From an uncultured virus (IMG/VR IMGVR_UViG_3300017991_000074) (lineage: Duplodnaviria > Heunggongvirae > Uroviricota > Caudoviricetes), in IMG/VR virus record IMGVR_UViG_3300017991_000074: a stretch of DNA of 64,000 bases. One strand, 5' to 3'. Shown piece after piece: positions 1-10,267 of this stretch. Within the stretch, counting starts at the first letter, position 1. Each line of letters begins with the position of its first letter. A program made the translations under genes and the position numbers. Under the pieces are notes generated by a model, which saw only the letters and a list, made by a program, of their open reading frames with translations, ran no database searches and was not told the DNA's origin.

Positions 1-407
1 AGCACGCGATTGGTGGCGCACCGCAGTTGATCCTTCGATTGGGGCCTGAGTTGGCCTCGGTGGTGTTCTTTGGATCACACAACAACTTCCGACTCTTCGT
101 TCCGTATCCGGGCCACACGCAGGAGCGGTACGACTTCTACAGCATCCAAGCCCTAGCAGAATTTGTCTGGGGAGCAGAAGCGATTAGGTCGGAGAAAGAG
201 AGTCACGATGCCGACTCGGTTGACCTGGGTAACCAGTTCGCGGTCGAAGGGGTCAGTGCTGGTTGAGGAGGAGATTCCTCTCTCGAAGGAAGTGCTCAAG
301 CATGTGGTGTGGGAGGTGGAGAGGGAGTTCAAGAAGGGGAAGAAGCGCAGGAGGAAGGTGCGCAGGATGGCCGACAGATTGGCGGAGGCCTGGGGAGCTC
401 GACGACG

Positions 408-638
408 ATGAGCGACAAGAAGAAAGTACGGATAGTGCGAAACCGCAAGATGGTGCTCAGCTTGGAGGACGTCTTGGCCTACGCGGATTGTTTGAGCAAG
501 TCCGGCCATCCGCATGACTACATCAACGAGGAGACTTCGGTGATTCGGCTGGAGTGCTCGATGAAGGGCCGAGTGAGGATCATCATCGAGTGGGAGGGCT
601 TCCCCCAGGATAATCCGGAGTACGGAACGGGCTATTAG
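408..638 (+). CDS. hypothetical protein
   Basis: ATG at 408 overlaps the stop of the upstream ORF; part of a chain of coupled + strand ORFs. Confidence 0.5.
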   Translation: MSDKKKVRIVRNRKMVLSLEDVLAYADCLSKSGHPHDYINEETSVIRLECSMKGRVRIIIEWEGFPQDNPEYGTGY

Positions 639-870
639 TGGGACGGATTGACATTCCGGGGATCGCTGTGAAGCCGGCAGGATTTACTCGACGTGTTGCG
701 TGGCTTGCCGGAGCCGAGTATTGGCGATCATGTCGGAAAGTTCCGATTGCATCGATTGGACATAGGTCGGTGTGCTATTTCGGTCGGACTGATGTATGGG
801 CGCTTTTTGAGCATGGTAAGCGGATCGGTGAGGCTCGAAACCCAATTTCTGCTGCGGTGTGGTTGAGGTC

Positions 871-1263
871 GTGAGCATCGTTATTTCAGTTGAGGGTGCT
901 CCGAGAACCCCGCCGGATGAGGATGGGTACACCGAGTCTGTGTGGCCATGGTTGAATCTGGCGAATGTCAATGCTCGAACAGTGTTCATGATGGTGGGGC
1001 TTCCCTGTAGCGGCGAGGATGGATTGTGGGGAGCTGTTAGTGGGGAGAAGCTTTCGAGGGTGATTCGCAATTGTCTTCGAGTCATGAACTCGGAGAAGAG
1101 GCGAAGGCCTTTCGAGAGGGCGTTTGTTGACGACGCTCCTGGCGACAAGGCTCGAATGATTGTCATGCCGTTGGACGACGAGTACTTGATTGATCGTACT
1201 CGGAGACTCCTTGAGGTCCTCAAAAAGGCGCAGACTGAAGGTGCGTCGGTAGTCTGGGGATGA
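871..1263 (+). CDS. hypothetical protein
   Basis: GTGA overlap with ORF 638..874. Confidence 0.5.
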   Translation: MSIVISVEGAPRTPPDEDGYTESVWPWLNLANVNARTVFMMVGLPCSGEDGLWGAVSGEKLSRVIRNCLRVMNSEKRRRPFERAFVDDAPGDKARMIVMPLDDEYLIDRTRRLLEVLKKAQTEGASVVWG

Positions 1264-1286
1264 TAGGATAGCGGCGGAGGTTAGCC

Positions 1287-1694
1287 ATGCGTTTTCAGAG
1301 CAGTGGTCAGTTTGAGCAAGGTGTTGCAGACGTCGACCCCGTGGCGGCACCACAGTCGATTCTTGCGGCTCATGTCCTTGGATTGCCCGAGGCCGAGCTC
1401 AACGCGCCAGCGAGTGCTTTGTGGCTGGCTCTGGCTGGTGCTGGAGTGGAGACGGTGACCCTGGATCTGTACTTCCTCATCGATGAGACCGATGTCAAGA
1501 ATGACGTGAGCCGTTTCATCGATTCGGGTCATCGGTGGTTTCAGTTCGCGACCGGCGTGGTTGTGACCAACGGAACGCTGCAGACCGTGGCGGCTGGTGC
1601 GGGAGTGCCCGCGGGGGGAGTGGTCTATGCGAGAAGGACCGGAGATACGATTGCGGCGAGTCAGACCAGGCCCTTGCTTGCGGCCTGGATCTAA
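1287..1694 (+). CDS. hypothetical protein
   Basis: GGAGG Shine-Dalgarno before ATG; 135 aa. Confidence 0.6.
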   Translation: MRFQSSGQFEQGVADVDPVAAPQSILAAHVLGLPEAELNAPASALWLALAGAGVETVTLDLYFLIDETDVKNDVSRFIDSGHRWFQFATGVVVTNGTLQTVAAGAGVPAGGVVYARRTGDTIAASQTRPLLAAWI

Positions 1695-1725
1695 CTTGCC
1701 TGAGATACAAAAGGAGATAGGACAG

Positions 1726-2142
1726 ATGTCGAAGGACAAGTCGAATGGGGCGTTCGAGTTCAGTAGCTGGGTTCAGCAAGGCGAAGCGCGTCTGACCGAG
1801 CTCGACGAGATGATCACGGAGAAGCAGAACGGCATCACCCGGCTTCAGCAGAAGATCGATGAGCTCGAGCTCGAGAAGGTCAAGATCCTCGAAGCTCTCG
1901 GTCGAGGCGACGAGCTCAAGAAGAGCGCCGGCCACTCGGGCAAGGTGATGATCAGGCCCATCCTCCTCCAGAAGCTCATGGAGAACGAGGGCACGGTGAT
2001 GAGCCAGGACGCGCTCATCGAGGCGGTGCAGGCGGAGCGTGAAACCGCAGCGACCCCGAGCATCAAGACCAGCCTGCAGCGCTTGGTCAAGACGCACGAG
2101 AAGGTCATGCAGACCGACGAGGGCTTCATCTACGCACCATAG
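1726..2142 (+). CDS. coiled-coil protein with possible C-terminal winged HTH
   Basis: AGGAG upstream of ATG 1726; heptad-like N-terminus; strong C/G third-position bias. Confidence 0.55.
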   Translation: MSKDKSNGAFEFSSWVQQGEARLTELDEMITEKQNGITRLQQKIDELELEKVKILEALGRGDELKKSAGHSGKVMIRPILLQKLMENEGTVMSQDALIEAVQAERETAATPSIKTSLQRLVKTHEKVMQTDEGFIYAP

Positions 2143-2175
2143 CCACTGATCCACAGCTAGACACAGGAGTAAGAC

Positions 2176-2664
2176 ATGGCATTCCCGCCAGCCTGGGCCT
2201 ACAATATGGGCCATGCCGCCGCTTTCACTGACCGGGAGATAGAGCAAACCTGGTCCTATGCCGTAAAGATTCATAGTCTCACGGCAATCCCTCGAGCAGC
2301 CATTTTCGAGGAAGTGATCAACGCGCTTCAAGCGAGCCGTGAGGCGTCATTGCGAGCGGATCTCCACAAGCTCAAATGTTGGCCTGAGCCCTTTCAAGCC
2401 TTTCTTGATGGCCGAAAGACGCATGAGTATCGGCGTCAGGATCGGGACTTCAAGGTAGGCGACATTCTGGTTCTTCAGGAGTGGAATCCGGGGGTAGAGG
2501 ACCCGAAGGATCTGGATGCAACATACATGGGACATCTGGTTGGTCCAAAGGGGCGCGGCTACACGGGACGAGAGACATCGGGACGAGTTACCTACATAAC
2601 TCCCGGTGGAGAGTTCGGAGTACCGAAGGAGTTCTGTGTGCTCTCGATCTCTCGAATCCGGTAG
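2176..2664 (+). CDS. ASCH/DUF3850-like domain protein
   Basis: LHKLKCWPEPFQAFLDGRKTHEYRRQDRDFKVGDILVLQEW matches the ASCH/DUF3850 signature. Confidence 0.8.
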   Translation: MAFPPAWAYNMGHAAAFTDREIEQTWSYAVKIHSLTAIPRAAIFEEVINALQASREASLRADLHKLKCWPEPFQAFLDGRKTHEYRRQDRDFKVGDILVLQEWNPGVEDPKDLDATYMGHLVGPKGRGYTGRETSGRVTYITPGGEFGVPKEFCVLSISRIR

Positions 2665-2680
2665 CTTGATTGGAGGAGAT

Positions 2681-3463
2681 GTGAGTGAAGCGAAGTCTGT
2701 GAGTGGGACCAAGGAGTGGTCTGTAGCCTCGGTCAACAATACCCAGGGATGTCTCAACGGCTGCAAATATTGCTATGCCAGAGAGATGGCCGGAAGATTC
2801 GGTCGGATTCAGCGGCCAGAGGATTGGCTAGAGCTTCGAGTCAATCGGTACCTCAACAAGGAGCAGAAGAAGTATCCGGGAACCGTGATGTTCCCCTCCA
2901 CGCACGACATATTCGAGGAGAACTATGATGCGTGCCTGGCCACGCTTCAGAACCTCTTGACTGTCGGCAACCAGGTGCTCATCGTGAGCAAGCCGCGTCT
3001 AGCTGTAATGCGTCGGCTTCTCGGAGAGATGATTTACTTCCAAGATCAGATTCTGTTGCGGTTCACCATTGGGTGCCTAGATCGAAATGTCGCCAAGGTG
3101 TGGGAGCCTTTTGCGCCAAGGCCGCAAGAACGGGTGGATTGTTTGAAGCACGCCTACCGCCAGGGCTATCGGACCTCGGTGTCGATGGAGCCAATGCTCG
3201 ATACGGGGTACGTGGTTCAGGATGTGGTCGCGCTCGAGCCCTTCGTTACCGACTCCATCTGGCTCGGGAAGATGAACATGGTCCGCAAGAGGGCGGTGGG
3301 AGTGGCCGAGGCGGAGATCGAGCGCATCGAGAATGGTCAGACGAAGGAGAACATCCTTCGCGTCTATGCCGCTTTGAACGGCCATCCCAAGGTGCGCTGG
3401 AAGGAGAGCATCAAGAAGGTAGTTGGCCTTCCCCTAGAGACGGAGGCGGGGACTGATCGATGA
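2681..3463 (+). CDS. radical SAM protein (SPL-like / phage gp37-gp68-like)
   Basis: CxxxCxxC motif (CLNGCKYCYA); SVSMEPML; GGAGG before GTG 2681. Confidence 0.8.
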   Translation: MSEAKSVSGTKEWSVASVNNTQGCLNGCKYCYAREMAGRFGRIQRPEDWLELRVNRYLNKEQKKYPGTVMFPSTHDIFEENYDACLATLQNLLTVGNQVLIVSKPRLAVMRRLLGEMIYFQDQILLRFTIGCLDRNVAKVWEPFAPRPQERVDCLKHAYRQGYRTSVSMEPMLDTGYVVQDVVALEPFVTDSIWLGKMNMVRKRAVGVAEAEIERIENGQTKENILRVYAALNGHPKVRWKESIKKVVGLPLETEAGTDR

Positions 3464-3665
3464 AATCGGCTGCGACAAAGAAGACGATCCAGTGTTCTGG
3501 ATGCGTTATGCCGGTGTTCGTTGCGACAAGGTCCCGGGGAGGACGCGGTTCCGGGAAGGTTGTTCTCAATGCCAAACCTGACGAACGGTTCGTGATTCGG
3601 GGCGGCAAGGCAGTTCTGGCTCTGACCTACTCCGAGCATCGGTGTAGCGATCATCTGAAGGAGAA

Positions 3666-4637
3666 GTGATGGCGCGTTGTTTGGTTACAGGGGTTGCGGG
3701 ATTCATCGGAAGCCACCTTGCCGAGGCACTGGTCAAGCAGGGCTGGAGTGTGGTGGGCGTCGATAATCTGAGCAATGGCTTCAAGTCGAACATCGCTCGC
3801 CTGATGGAGCTTCCGCCGGAAGAGTTTCAGTTCATCTGTGGCGACGTTCGAGGCGAGGCTACTTGCCGCCAGGTCATGGATGGGGTGGAGGTAGTATTTC
3901 ATCTGGCGGCCCTGGGGTCAGTGCCGAGATCGGTTGGGGACCCGGTAGCTACGCATAGCCACAATGCAACGGCTACGCTTCAGTTGCTGCGTGTCGCGGA
4001 ACAGAGTGGCGTCAAGTGTTTCGTCTACTCGAGCTCGAGTTCGGTGTACGGAGAGACGAAGGAGCTACCGAAGGTCGAGAGCATGACGCCCTCCCCAGTA
4101 TCGCCTTATGCGGCGAGTAAGCTGGCGGCTGAGACCTATTGTCGGGCGTTCTGGAAGACCTATTCCTTTCCGACCATCGCTCTTCGTTACTTCAATGTGT
4201 ATGGTCCTCGGCAACGACCAGACGGTCCCTATGCTGCGGTCATTCCTCGGTGGGCTGAGGCCATGATTCACGGCAGACGGACTCTGATTTATGGTGATGG
4301 CAAGCAGTCGAGGGACTTCACCTTTGTTGAGGATGTGGTTCGAGCCAACCTTGCGGCGGGCAAGATGCGGCGGATGACGGTGGGTGAGCAGGCTTTCGGT
4401 AAGACGTTCAACATTGGACACGGATCTCCCGTTACGCTTCTCAAGCTCCATGCTTGCATGGCTGAGATTTTGGGCTATCGCGGTGAGGGGGAGCACATGC
4501 TTTCTTTGGCAGGAGATGTGAGGCACAGTCATGCCTGCATGAATAGGGCTCGAGCAGATTTACGGTACGAGAGCCGGTGGAGTTTGGACGAAGGATTGGA
4601 GAGAACGTTGAAGTGGTACCGGAGGCGATATGCTTGA
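3666..4637 (+). CDS. NAD-dependent nucleotide-sugar epimerase (WbpP/TviC-like SDR)
   Basis: TGVAGFIGSHL Rossmann motif, HLAALGSVPRS, catalytic YAASK, YFNVYGPRQ, GDGKQSRDFTFV. Confidence 0.92.
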   Translation: MMARCLVTGVAGFIGSHLAEALVKQGWSVVGVDNLSNGFKSNIARLMELPPEEFQFICGDVRGEATCRQVMDGVEVVFHLAALGSVPRSVGDPVATHSHNATATLQLLRVAEQSGVKCFVYSSSSSVYGETKELPKVESMTPSPVSPYAASKLAAETYCRAFWKTYSFPTIALRYFNVYGPRQRPDGPYAAVIPRWAEAMIHGRRTLIYGDGKQSRDFTFVEDVVRANLAAGKMRRMTVGEQAFGKTFNIGHGSPVTLLKLHACMAEILGYRGEGEHMLSLAGDVRHSHACMNRARADLRYESRWSLDEGLERTLKWYRRRYA

Positions 4638-6240
4638 GCCACAATACTCGATAGATCCTCTTGGAAATAGGCGGGATATTCCGGACAAGACGGTTCTTTA
4701 TTACGAGGAACTTCGTATCAAAGACCTAGTCAAGAACAATCCGGAAAAAACTGTTGTTGTGGTCATGGGGGTGGGGTTTGTCGGAACGGCTATGGCGGCC
4801 GTCATCGCGGAGAATCCGGAGTACTTGGTCATCGGGTATCAACGACCAAGCGAGCGGAGTTACTGGAAGGTTGAGTGGCTACAAAATGGGTGGTGCCCCA
4901 TCGAGAGTGAGGATGTTGAACTGGAGGATCTCATAGGTCGAGGTGTGGACTCTGGGAGACTCACAGCTACGGCCTGTCCCTATGTGCTCGAGGTCGCCGA
5001 CATCATCGTCGTGGATGTTCAGTGCGACTATAAGAAGACCGAGCTCGGCAACTGTCGAACGGGGTCGGTAGAGCTCGGTGCCTTCGAGGAGGCGATGAGT
5101 CTTCTTGGGCAGAAGATGAAGGCATCGGCTCTGGTGCTCATCGAGACGACGGTTCCCCCAGGAACGACTGAGTTCGTCGCCTGGCCGATTCTGAAGAAGG
5201 GATTCGAGGCTCGACGGATTCAGGCCACACCGAAGCTGGCGCACAGCTATGAGCGGGTGATGCCGGGCCAGGAGTACGTCAGCTCGATTCGGAACTATTG
5301 GCGGGTCATGGCGGCCTGTAGTCCTGAAGCAGCGAAGGAGGCCAGAGCCTTCCTTCATCGGGTCATCGACACGAAGAACTTTCCGCTCACGGTTCTAGAC
5401 AGGCCGATCGAGAGTGAGACGGCCAAGGTGGTTGAGAACAGTTTTCGAGCCGTAACCCTGGCCTTCATGGACGAGTGGTGTGTCTTCGCGGAGCGCAATG
5501 GAGTGGACCTTGCCAAGGTGGTGGATGCGATCCGGATGAGGCCAACGCACAACAATCTGCTCTTTCCAGGTCCTGGGATTGGTGGCTATTGCCTTCCGAA
5601 GGATGGTCCTCTTGGGATGTGGGCCTACAAGCATCTGATGGGCTTTGAGGATGGTGACAGGGTCTTCAAGATTACCCCCATGGCGGTTGACATCAACGAC
5701 ACTCGAGGTTTGCATGCAGCCGAACTCGTTCGGGATGCTCTTCGAGCTCTTGGACGATATGTCGCCTCGAGCAAGGTGTTGGTCGCCGGCGCCAGTTATC
5801 GTGAGGATGTTGGCGACACTCGGTGGTCGGGCTCCGAGCTGGTGGTGCGCAAGTTGACTGAAATGGGAGCAGAGGTTCGGGTCACCGATCCTCATGTGAA
5901 GGAGTGGCCAGAATTCTCGAAGCAGAACAGCTATCCAGTGAACTGGATGCATCGAGGTGCCTTTTTCCGAAATCAGGAGAGCTTGATTGATCTCGAGGTG
6001 GACCCAGAATTGGGAGAGATGCTTCTAGGGATCGATGCCTTGGTCCTGGCGGTCCCACACCAGATCTACAAGGCAGCGCTCGATCCCAAATTCGTGGTTG
6101 GGCAGGCGGGCCATCCGATTGCGGTGGTGGACTGCTTTCGGATTCTGAGCGACAGAAGGATTCAGCAGTATCTCGAGCTTGGCTGCGAGGTCAAAGCGAT
6201 GGGGAGGGGACACATCGAGAGGCTTCGGAGAGAGTTGTGA
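4630..6240 (+). CDS. UDP-glucose/GDP-mannose/UDP-HexNAc dehydrogenase family protein
   Basis: GVGFVG, ETTVPPGTT, ERVMPG, AKVVENSFR, catalytic PGPGIGGYCLPKD, YREDVGDTR. Confidence 0.92.
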   Translation: MLEPQYSIDPLGNRRDIPDKTVLYYEELRIKDLVKNNPEKTVVVVMGVGFVGTAMAAVIAENPEYLVIGYQRPSERSYWKVEWLQNGWCPIESEDVELEDLIGRGVDSGRLTATACPYVLEVADIIVVDVQCDYKKTELGNCRTGSVELGAFEEAMSLLGQKMKASALVLIETTVPPGTTEFVAWPILKKGFEARRIQATPKLAHSYERVMPGQEYVSSIRNYWRVMAACSPEAAKEARAFLHRVIDTKNFPLTVLDRPIESETAKVVENSFRAVTLAFMDEWCVFAERNGVDLAKVVDAIRMRPTHNNLLFPGPGIGGYCLPKDGPLGMWAYKHLMGFEDGDRVFKITPMAVDINDTRGLHAAELVRDALRALGRYVASSKVLVAGASYREDVGDTRWSGSELVVRKLTEMGAEVRVTDPHVKEWPEFSKQNSYPVNWMHRGAFFRNQESLIDLEVDPELGEMLLGIDALVLAVPHQIYKAALDPKFVVGQAGHPIAVVDCFRILSDRRIQQYLELGCEVKAMGRGHIERLRREL

Positions 6241-6396
6241 GATGGGAGACAGAGGAAGCTTTTCGGCATGCCAAACGTGCTTTAGAGTTGCTTGATCAGG
6301 AGCTCGCGCGAGTGAGAGTTTCTGAGGATCGTCGAACAAGTCGAGCTCGAATCAAGGAAGCCTTGGGCAAGCTAGAGAGTGCACGGTACACGCACG

Positions 6397-6642
6397 ATGA
6401 ATACGGAATTTGATCATGTCTGGTGGTACCGGAAGTATCGCGGTGACCGAAAGGGCCATCGGTGCAGGGTTTTGGCTCGAGGTAGGAGTCGAGGGTGGAC
6501 ACAGAGTTGGAAGTCTTCGCCACCATGGACATGGGGTAATAGGTCGTACGTATACCATTCGGCTCCGGGGAATGTCTTGGTGGAATTCGAGGATGGCGAG
6601 AAGGTAGTCGGTACTCGTTTCTGTGTGAGGAAAGTACGATGA
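6397..6642 (+). CDS. hypothetical protein
   Basis: ORF coupled (ATGA) to the FkbM gene. Confidence 0.5.
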   Translation: MNTEFDHVWWYRKYRGDRKGHRCRVLARGRSRGWTQSWKSSPPWTWGNRSYVYHSAPGNVLVEFEDGEKVVGTRFCVRKVR

Positions 6643-7331
6643 TCAAGATTGTTTCCAAGGCGGGATGCGACTGGGCGATTCGTTCTGGCACTACCGATGA
6701 GTATCAGCTTGGCGAGCTCTCGGACACAGGAGTGATGGCGAGAATGCTCAGTTCCTTGGTGCTGCAGCATCATAGAGCTGTGATACTGGATGTTGGAGCG
6801 TACATCGGAACTTTCACGGTCAAGATGGCGAAGAACTTTCCTGAGGGCCGGGTGATTAGTTTTGAGCCTGATGAGGAGGCTTTCGCGCTACTTCAAATCA
6901 ACGCGCAGCTCAATAATGTGGACGCTATTTTGATTCGAGCCGCGGTGGTTGGAGCAAACCAGGCGGCGGCCATACTGCACTACTCCGGCGAGGAGTGGGC
7001 AAACTCGACTGTGAAGGATGACGCGCTAGATTTGAGAGATACGCAAGAGGTTTTCGCGGAGTCTCTGGGAGTTTTCTTGGAGCGAAATCGGATTCAGGTT
7101 GATCTGGCAAAGGTCAACTGTGAGGGTGGCGAGGCCGATATCTTGATGGAAACGGAGCAACGGCATCTCCGAAGGATCGAGCACTGGATTATTGAGCTTC
7201 ATGAGGATCTGTCTGGAGTGCCCAACAGCGACCTGCGTGATCGGATTGAAGATTGCGGATACGAGCTTCAGCGATACAATTTCGGAAAGCCTGGGAGAGA
7301 GTGGATTCGGGCCTGGAGGATCGATGACTGA
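6639..7331 (+). CDS. FkbM family methyltransferase
   Basis: ILDVGAYIG, SFEP, KVNCEGGE, IIELH motifs. Confidence 0.88.
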   Translation: MIKIVSKAGCDWAIRSGTTDEYQLGELSDTGVMARMLSSLVLQHHRAVILDVGAYIGTFTVKMAKNFPEGRVISFEPDEEAFALLQINAQLNNVDAILIRAAVVGANQAAAILHYSGEEWANSTVKDDALDLRDTQEVFAESLGVFLERNRIQVDLAKVNCEGGEADILMETEQRHLRRIEHWIIELHEDLSGVPNSDLRDRIEDCGYELQRYNFGKPGREWIRAWRIDD

Positions 7332-7935
7332 GCGACCGCAAGGGCTATTGTGGGATGATGTCGAACAGAAGGCTGACCTCAGTCAGTACTATACTGATCC
7401 TCGGACAGCGCAGAGGATCGCGGAGTGGGTGATTCAGGCCTATCCTTTTGCGGAGATTATTCTCGAGCCAAGTGCTGGAGAGGGCGCATTGATCAAGCCC
7501 TTCTTGGAGAGGACTCGAGCGCGAATCACTGCCGTAGAGCTCGATCCGGCCAACGTGGCGAAGCTGGAGAACCTCGATCCGCGAGTAGAGGTGATCGCGG
7601 GGAACTTCTTGAACATGGAGCTGGCTAGAGCTGATCTGGTGGTGATGAATCCGCCCTACGAGAATGACCAGGACGCCTTGTTTGTCATGAAGGCCTTCGA
7701 GGCGTCATCGGTAGTGTTCGCCCTCCTCAGGGGGGTGATCAAGCATGGTGTTGGTCGGTGGAAGAAGATGTGGCGGTATGTTGATATTGTTCGAGAGGCC
7801 AACTTGGTGGAGAGGCCGAATTTCGGTGGAGAGCATACTCCGAAGCAAGACTTCGTGGTTCTGGAGCTCATGAAGCGTAACCGGCCCCGAGAACGAGGAG
7901 AGCCGCAGCCCTTGTGTAGCATGGAGTGGTGGTAG
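7324..7935 (+). CDS. N6-adenine DNA methyltransferase (gamma-type motif order)
   Basis: QYYTD, ILEPSAGEG (motif I), VMNPPY (motif IV). Confidence 0.8.
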   Translation: MTERPQGLLWDDVEQKADLSQYYTDPRTAQRIAEWVIQAYPFAEIILEPSAGEGALIKPFLERTRARITAVELDPANVAKLENLDPRVEVIAGNFLNMELARADLVVMNPPYENDQDALFVMKAFEASSVVFALLRGVIKHGVGRWKKMWRYVDIVREANLVERPNFGGEHTPKQDFVVLELMKRNRPRERGEPQPLCSMEWW

Positions 7936-7937
7936 CG

Positions 7938-8690
7938 ATGAAGCCTCGACGGATGAATAGGACTCCGATTTCAATTCGACAAGGAATGCGGCGGTCGCAG
8001 GTCAAGAGGGTAGCGAAGCGCTTCAGGAGCCTGCATAAGGAGCTTGACAAGGCGACGAAGACAGCTGAGGGGAAGTTCGATATCTCGTGTTCAGAGGGGT
8101 GCTCGGCGTGTTGCAAGCGGGCTGTGACACTGTCCGTGCTGGAGACCTTCGCGTTTCTCGAGCCGCTCCTTTTCGATCCGGTCAAAAGGCCCTGGTTCTT
8201 GAGTCGCTATCCGAAGATCGAGCAGCAGGCAAAGGATTGCATTGCGGAGCGGATCAATCTTCAGACCTGGTTTGACCAGGAGATTCCTTGCGTCTTCTTG
8301 AAGGAGGACAGGTGCTCTATCTACGAGAATCGACCCGCGGCTTGTAGGACTCACCTGGTGATATCGCCTTCGGAGATGTGTGCTCCACCGCGGGTCGGTC
8401 TCATCTCCAAGGTGAACATTGTCAATTGGCTCGAGGCCTCGATGTATGAGTGCTCGAGAGCGGCCAGGGAGACGGGCATCACGGAACAGATTGTGCCTCT
8501 GCCAGTAGCAGTGGCTTGGGCGATAACGGCGATCGAGAAGGGTGCGGATGCTCTTGGGAAAGAGCTTCAGAAGAGCCGTATTTTTGGGGATGATTCCCTC
8601 GCCTGTTTGTGGTGGGCAGTACGGTTCACGCAAAAGGAGAGCTGGGAGCGCCAGAGGGACGCAATGCTCAAGGAGACAAGTGATGAGTGA
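7938..8690 (+). CDS. YkgJ family cysteine-cluster protein
   Basis: CSEGCSACC ... CVFL ... CSIYENRPAACR. Confidence 0.8.
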   Translation: MKPRRMNRTPISIRQGMRRSQVKRVAKRFRSLHKELDKATKTAEGKFDISCSEGCSACCKRAVTLSVLETFAFLEPLLFDPVKRPWFLSRYPKIEQQAKDCIAERINLQTWFDQEIPCVFLKEDRCSIYENRPAACRTHLVISPSEMCAPPRVGLISKVNIVNWLEASMYECSRAARETGITEQIVPLPVAVAWAITAIEKGADALGKELQKSRIFGDDSLACLWWAVRFTQKESWERQRDAMLKETSDE

Positions 8691-9189
8691 CGAGAAGCAA
8701 GAGGATCAGAAGTCTTCGGTGCTCGATCTACAGCCGGTAGCCGAGGCAGCGGAGACGCCGCAGGTGCTTTCGGGTTCGGTTTCGGATCTGGAGGCATCAG
8801 AGCGACCGACACCGATACCGCCGCTTTCGGGTGAAGAGCTCGAGGTGAAACTGGCCAAAGCTGTGGACCAGGACTTGAGGGCTTCGGTGATCCGATCCCC
8901 GGGACTGTGCCCTGAACCGACGATGGATCGGCCGGTCCTTCGGAATCCAGAGCCAGTGAGCGAGGCCACAGCCAAGGCGGTTGAGACAGCGCTCTTCCTT
9001 CAAGGCTTCATCTCGGCCCTGGAACCGATCACGAGGTGGCCGTGTCCGCATTGTGGGAGGAAGTCTGAAGACAAGCCTTTGCGCCTGGTGCGAGTCCGCA
9101 CTGAGGATGGCCGGACCACACATGAGGGGTGCTGGTACTGCGCCATTGTCGAACGCTTTGTTCTTCGGGCCAAGAAGCTCCTCGGATGA
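8683..9189 (+). CDS. hypothetical protein with C-terminal Zn-finger-like motif
   Basis: CPHC ... HEGCWYC. Confidence 0.5.
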   Translation: MSDEKQEDQKSSVLDLQPVAEAAETPQVLSGSVSDLEASERPTPIPPLSGEELEVKLAKAVDQDLRASVIRSPGLCPEPTMDRPVLRNPEPVSEATAKAVETALFLQGFISALEPITRWPCPHCGRKSEDKPLRLVRVRTEDGRTTHEGCWYCAIVERFVLRAKKLLG

Positions 9190-9567
9190 TTCGATTTGTT
9201 CCAGGCGACGAGGCCAAGATTATTCGGCCCACCATGCTTAGTGAGGGTGGGAAGATAGTTCGGATTGTGTCCTACCCCTTCAAGGACCAGGTGGTAGTCG
9301 AGCGGACATGGATGGAGCCTCCCTGGTGTTTCATCTACATGGATGTGGACCGGCTCGAGCTGACGAAGCCCTCCCCTCAGATAGAGGGCTTGGAGAGTAG
9401 GACGAAGTTGGAGCTCGAACCTTTCGTCGGGCTTCTCTTGTCCGAGCGAGTCAAAGCGGACATCGAGTGGACAGTTGTTCGGCTTTTCTGCAACTTTTTG
9501 CGCGGAGTTGAGATGGACGACTAGGAATAGGCAGGAGATACAGAACGGAGACACGGTAGGAGCCAGC

Positions 9568-9993
9568 ATGAGTGAAAGACCGAAAAAGGCACCACTGCGC
9601 AAGATCCTCGAATATTCTAACCCAAAGAGAAAGTCGGAGACGAAAAGGGTGCTCCTTGAATGCGGGCATCATCAGTGGATCAGTCGTAACGCTTATCCGC
9701 AACGCACTCGGTGCTACACCTGTCTTAGAGCGGCCCGTGAGATCTGGGAGGCCGAGAACACCTGCCCTCATAACATCCTCATTGTCGAGGGTCGTGTGTG
9801 CGAGCACTGTCGCATCACCTACCTCGAGTCAGAGAAGAATCGACTGAGGGACGCGATGCGGTTCAACGCAAGATGTCCTCGGTCGGAGGGAGAAGAGCCG
9901 TCTTACTCGGAGAACTGCCTCAATTGTGATTGGAACGGGTCGGATCTATGTGTAGTGGATCTTACCGATCTTCCTGATCCGGAGGCATCGTGA
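9568..9993 (+). CDS. cysteine-rich hypothetical protein
   Basis: LECGH, CYTC, CEHC, CLNC; AGGAG upstream. Confidence 0.55.
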   Translation: MSERPKKAPLRKILEYSNPKRKSETKRVLLECGHHQWISRNAYPQRTRCYTCLRAAREIWEAENTCPHNILIVEGRVCEHCRITYLESEKNRLRDAMRFNARCPRSEGEEPSYSENCLNCDWNGSDLCVVDLTDLPDPEAS

Positions 9994-10267
9994 AGCCGTT
10001 TAGTTTCGAGACCTTCTTGCCCTAGCTGGCTGGAGGCTGAGGGATCTGACTCAATCTGAGCCCTCGTGTTTCAACGGTATGGTTCGAGTGATTCGATACA
10101 GAATTACGGTGGAACCGATTGATGAGCCGGAGAAAATCGCTGCTCGTCTTCAGACTCTCTGGGAGGCAGGCGAGAGTTTGCATGATCAAGGCCCGCTTCA
10201 GGACGAGGCGAAGCGACTGGGAGTTGAGCTCCAGGGAAGATTCGGCGCGAAGAGAAAGTGAGGGATC

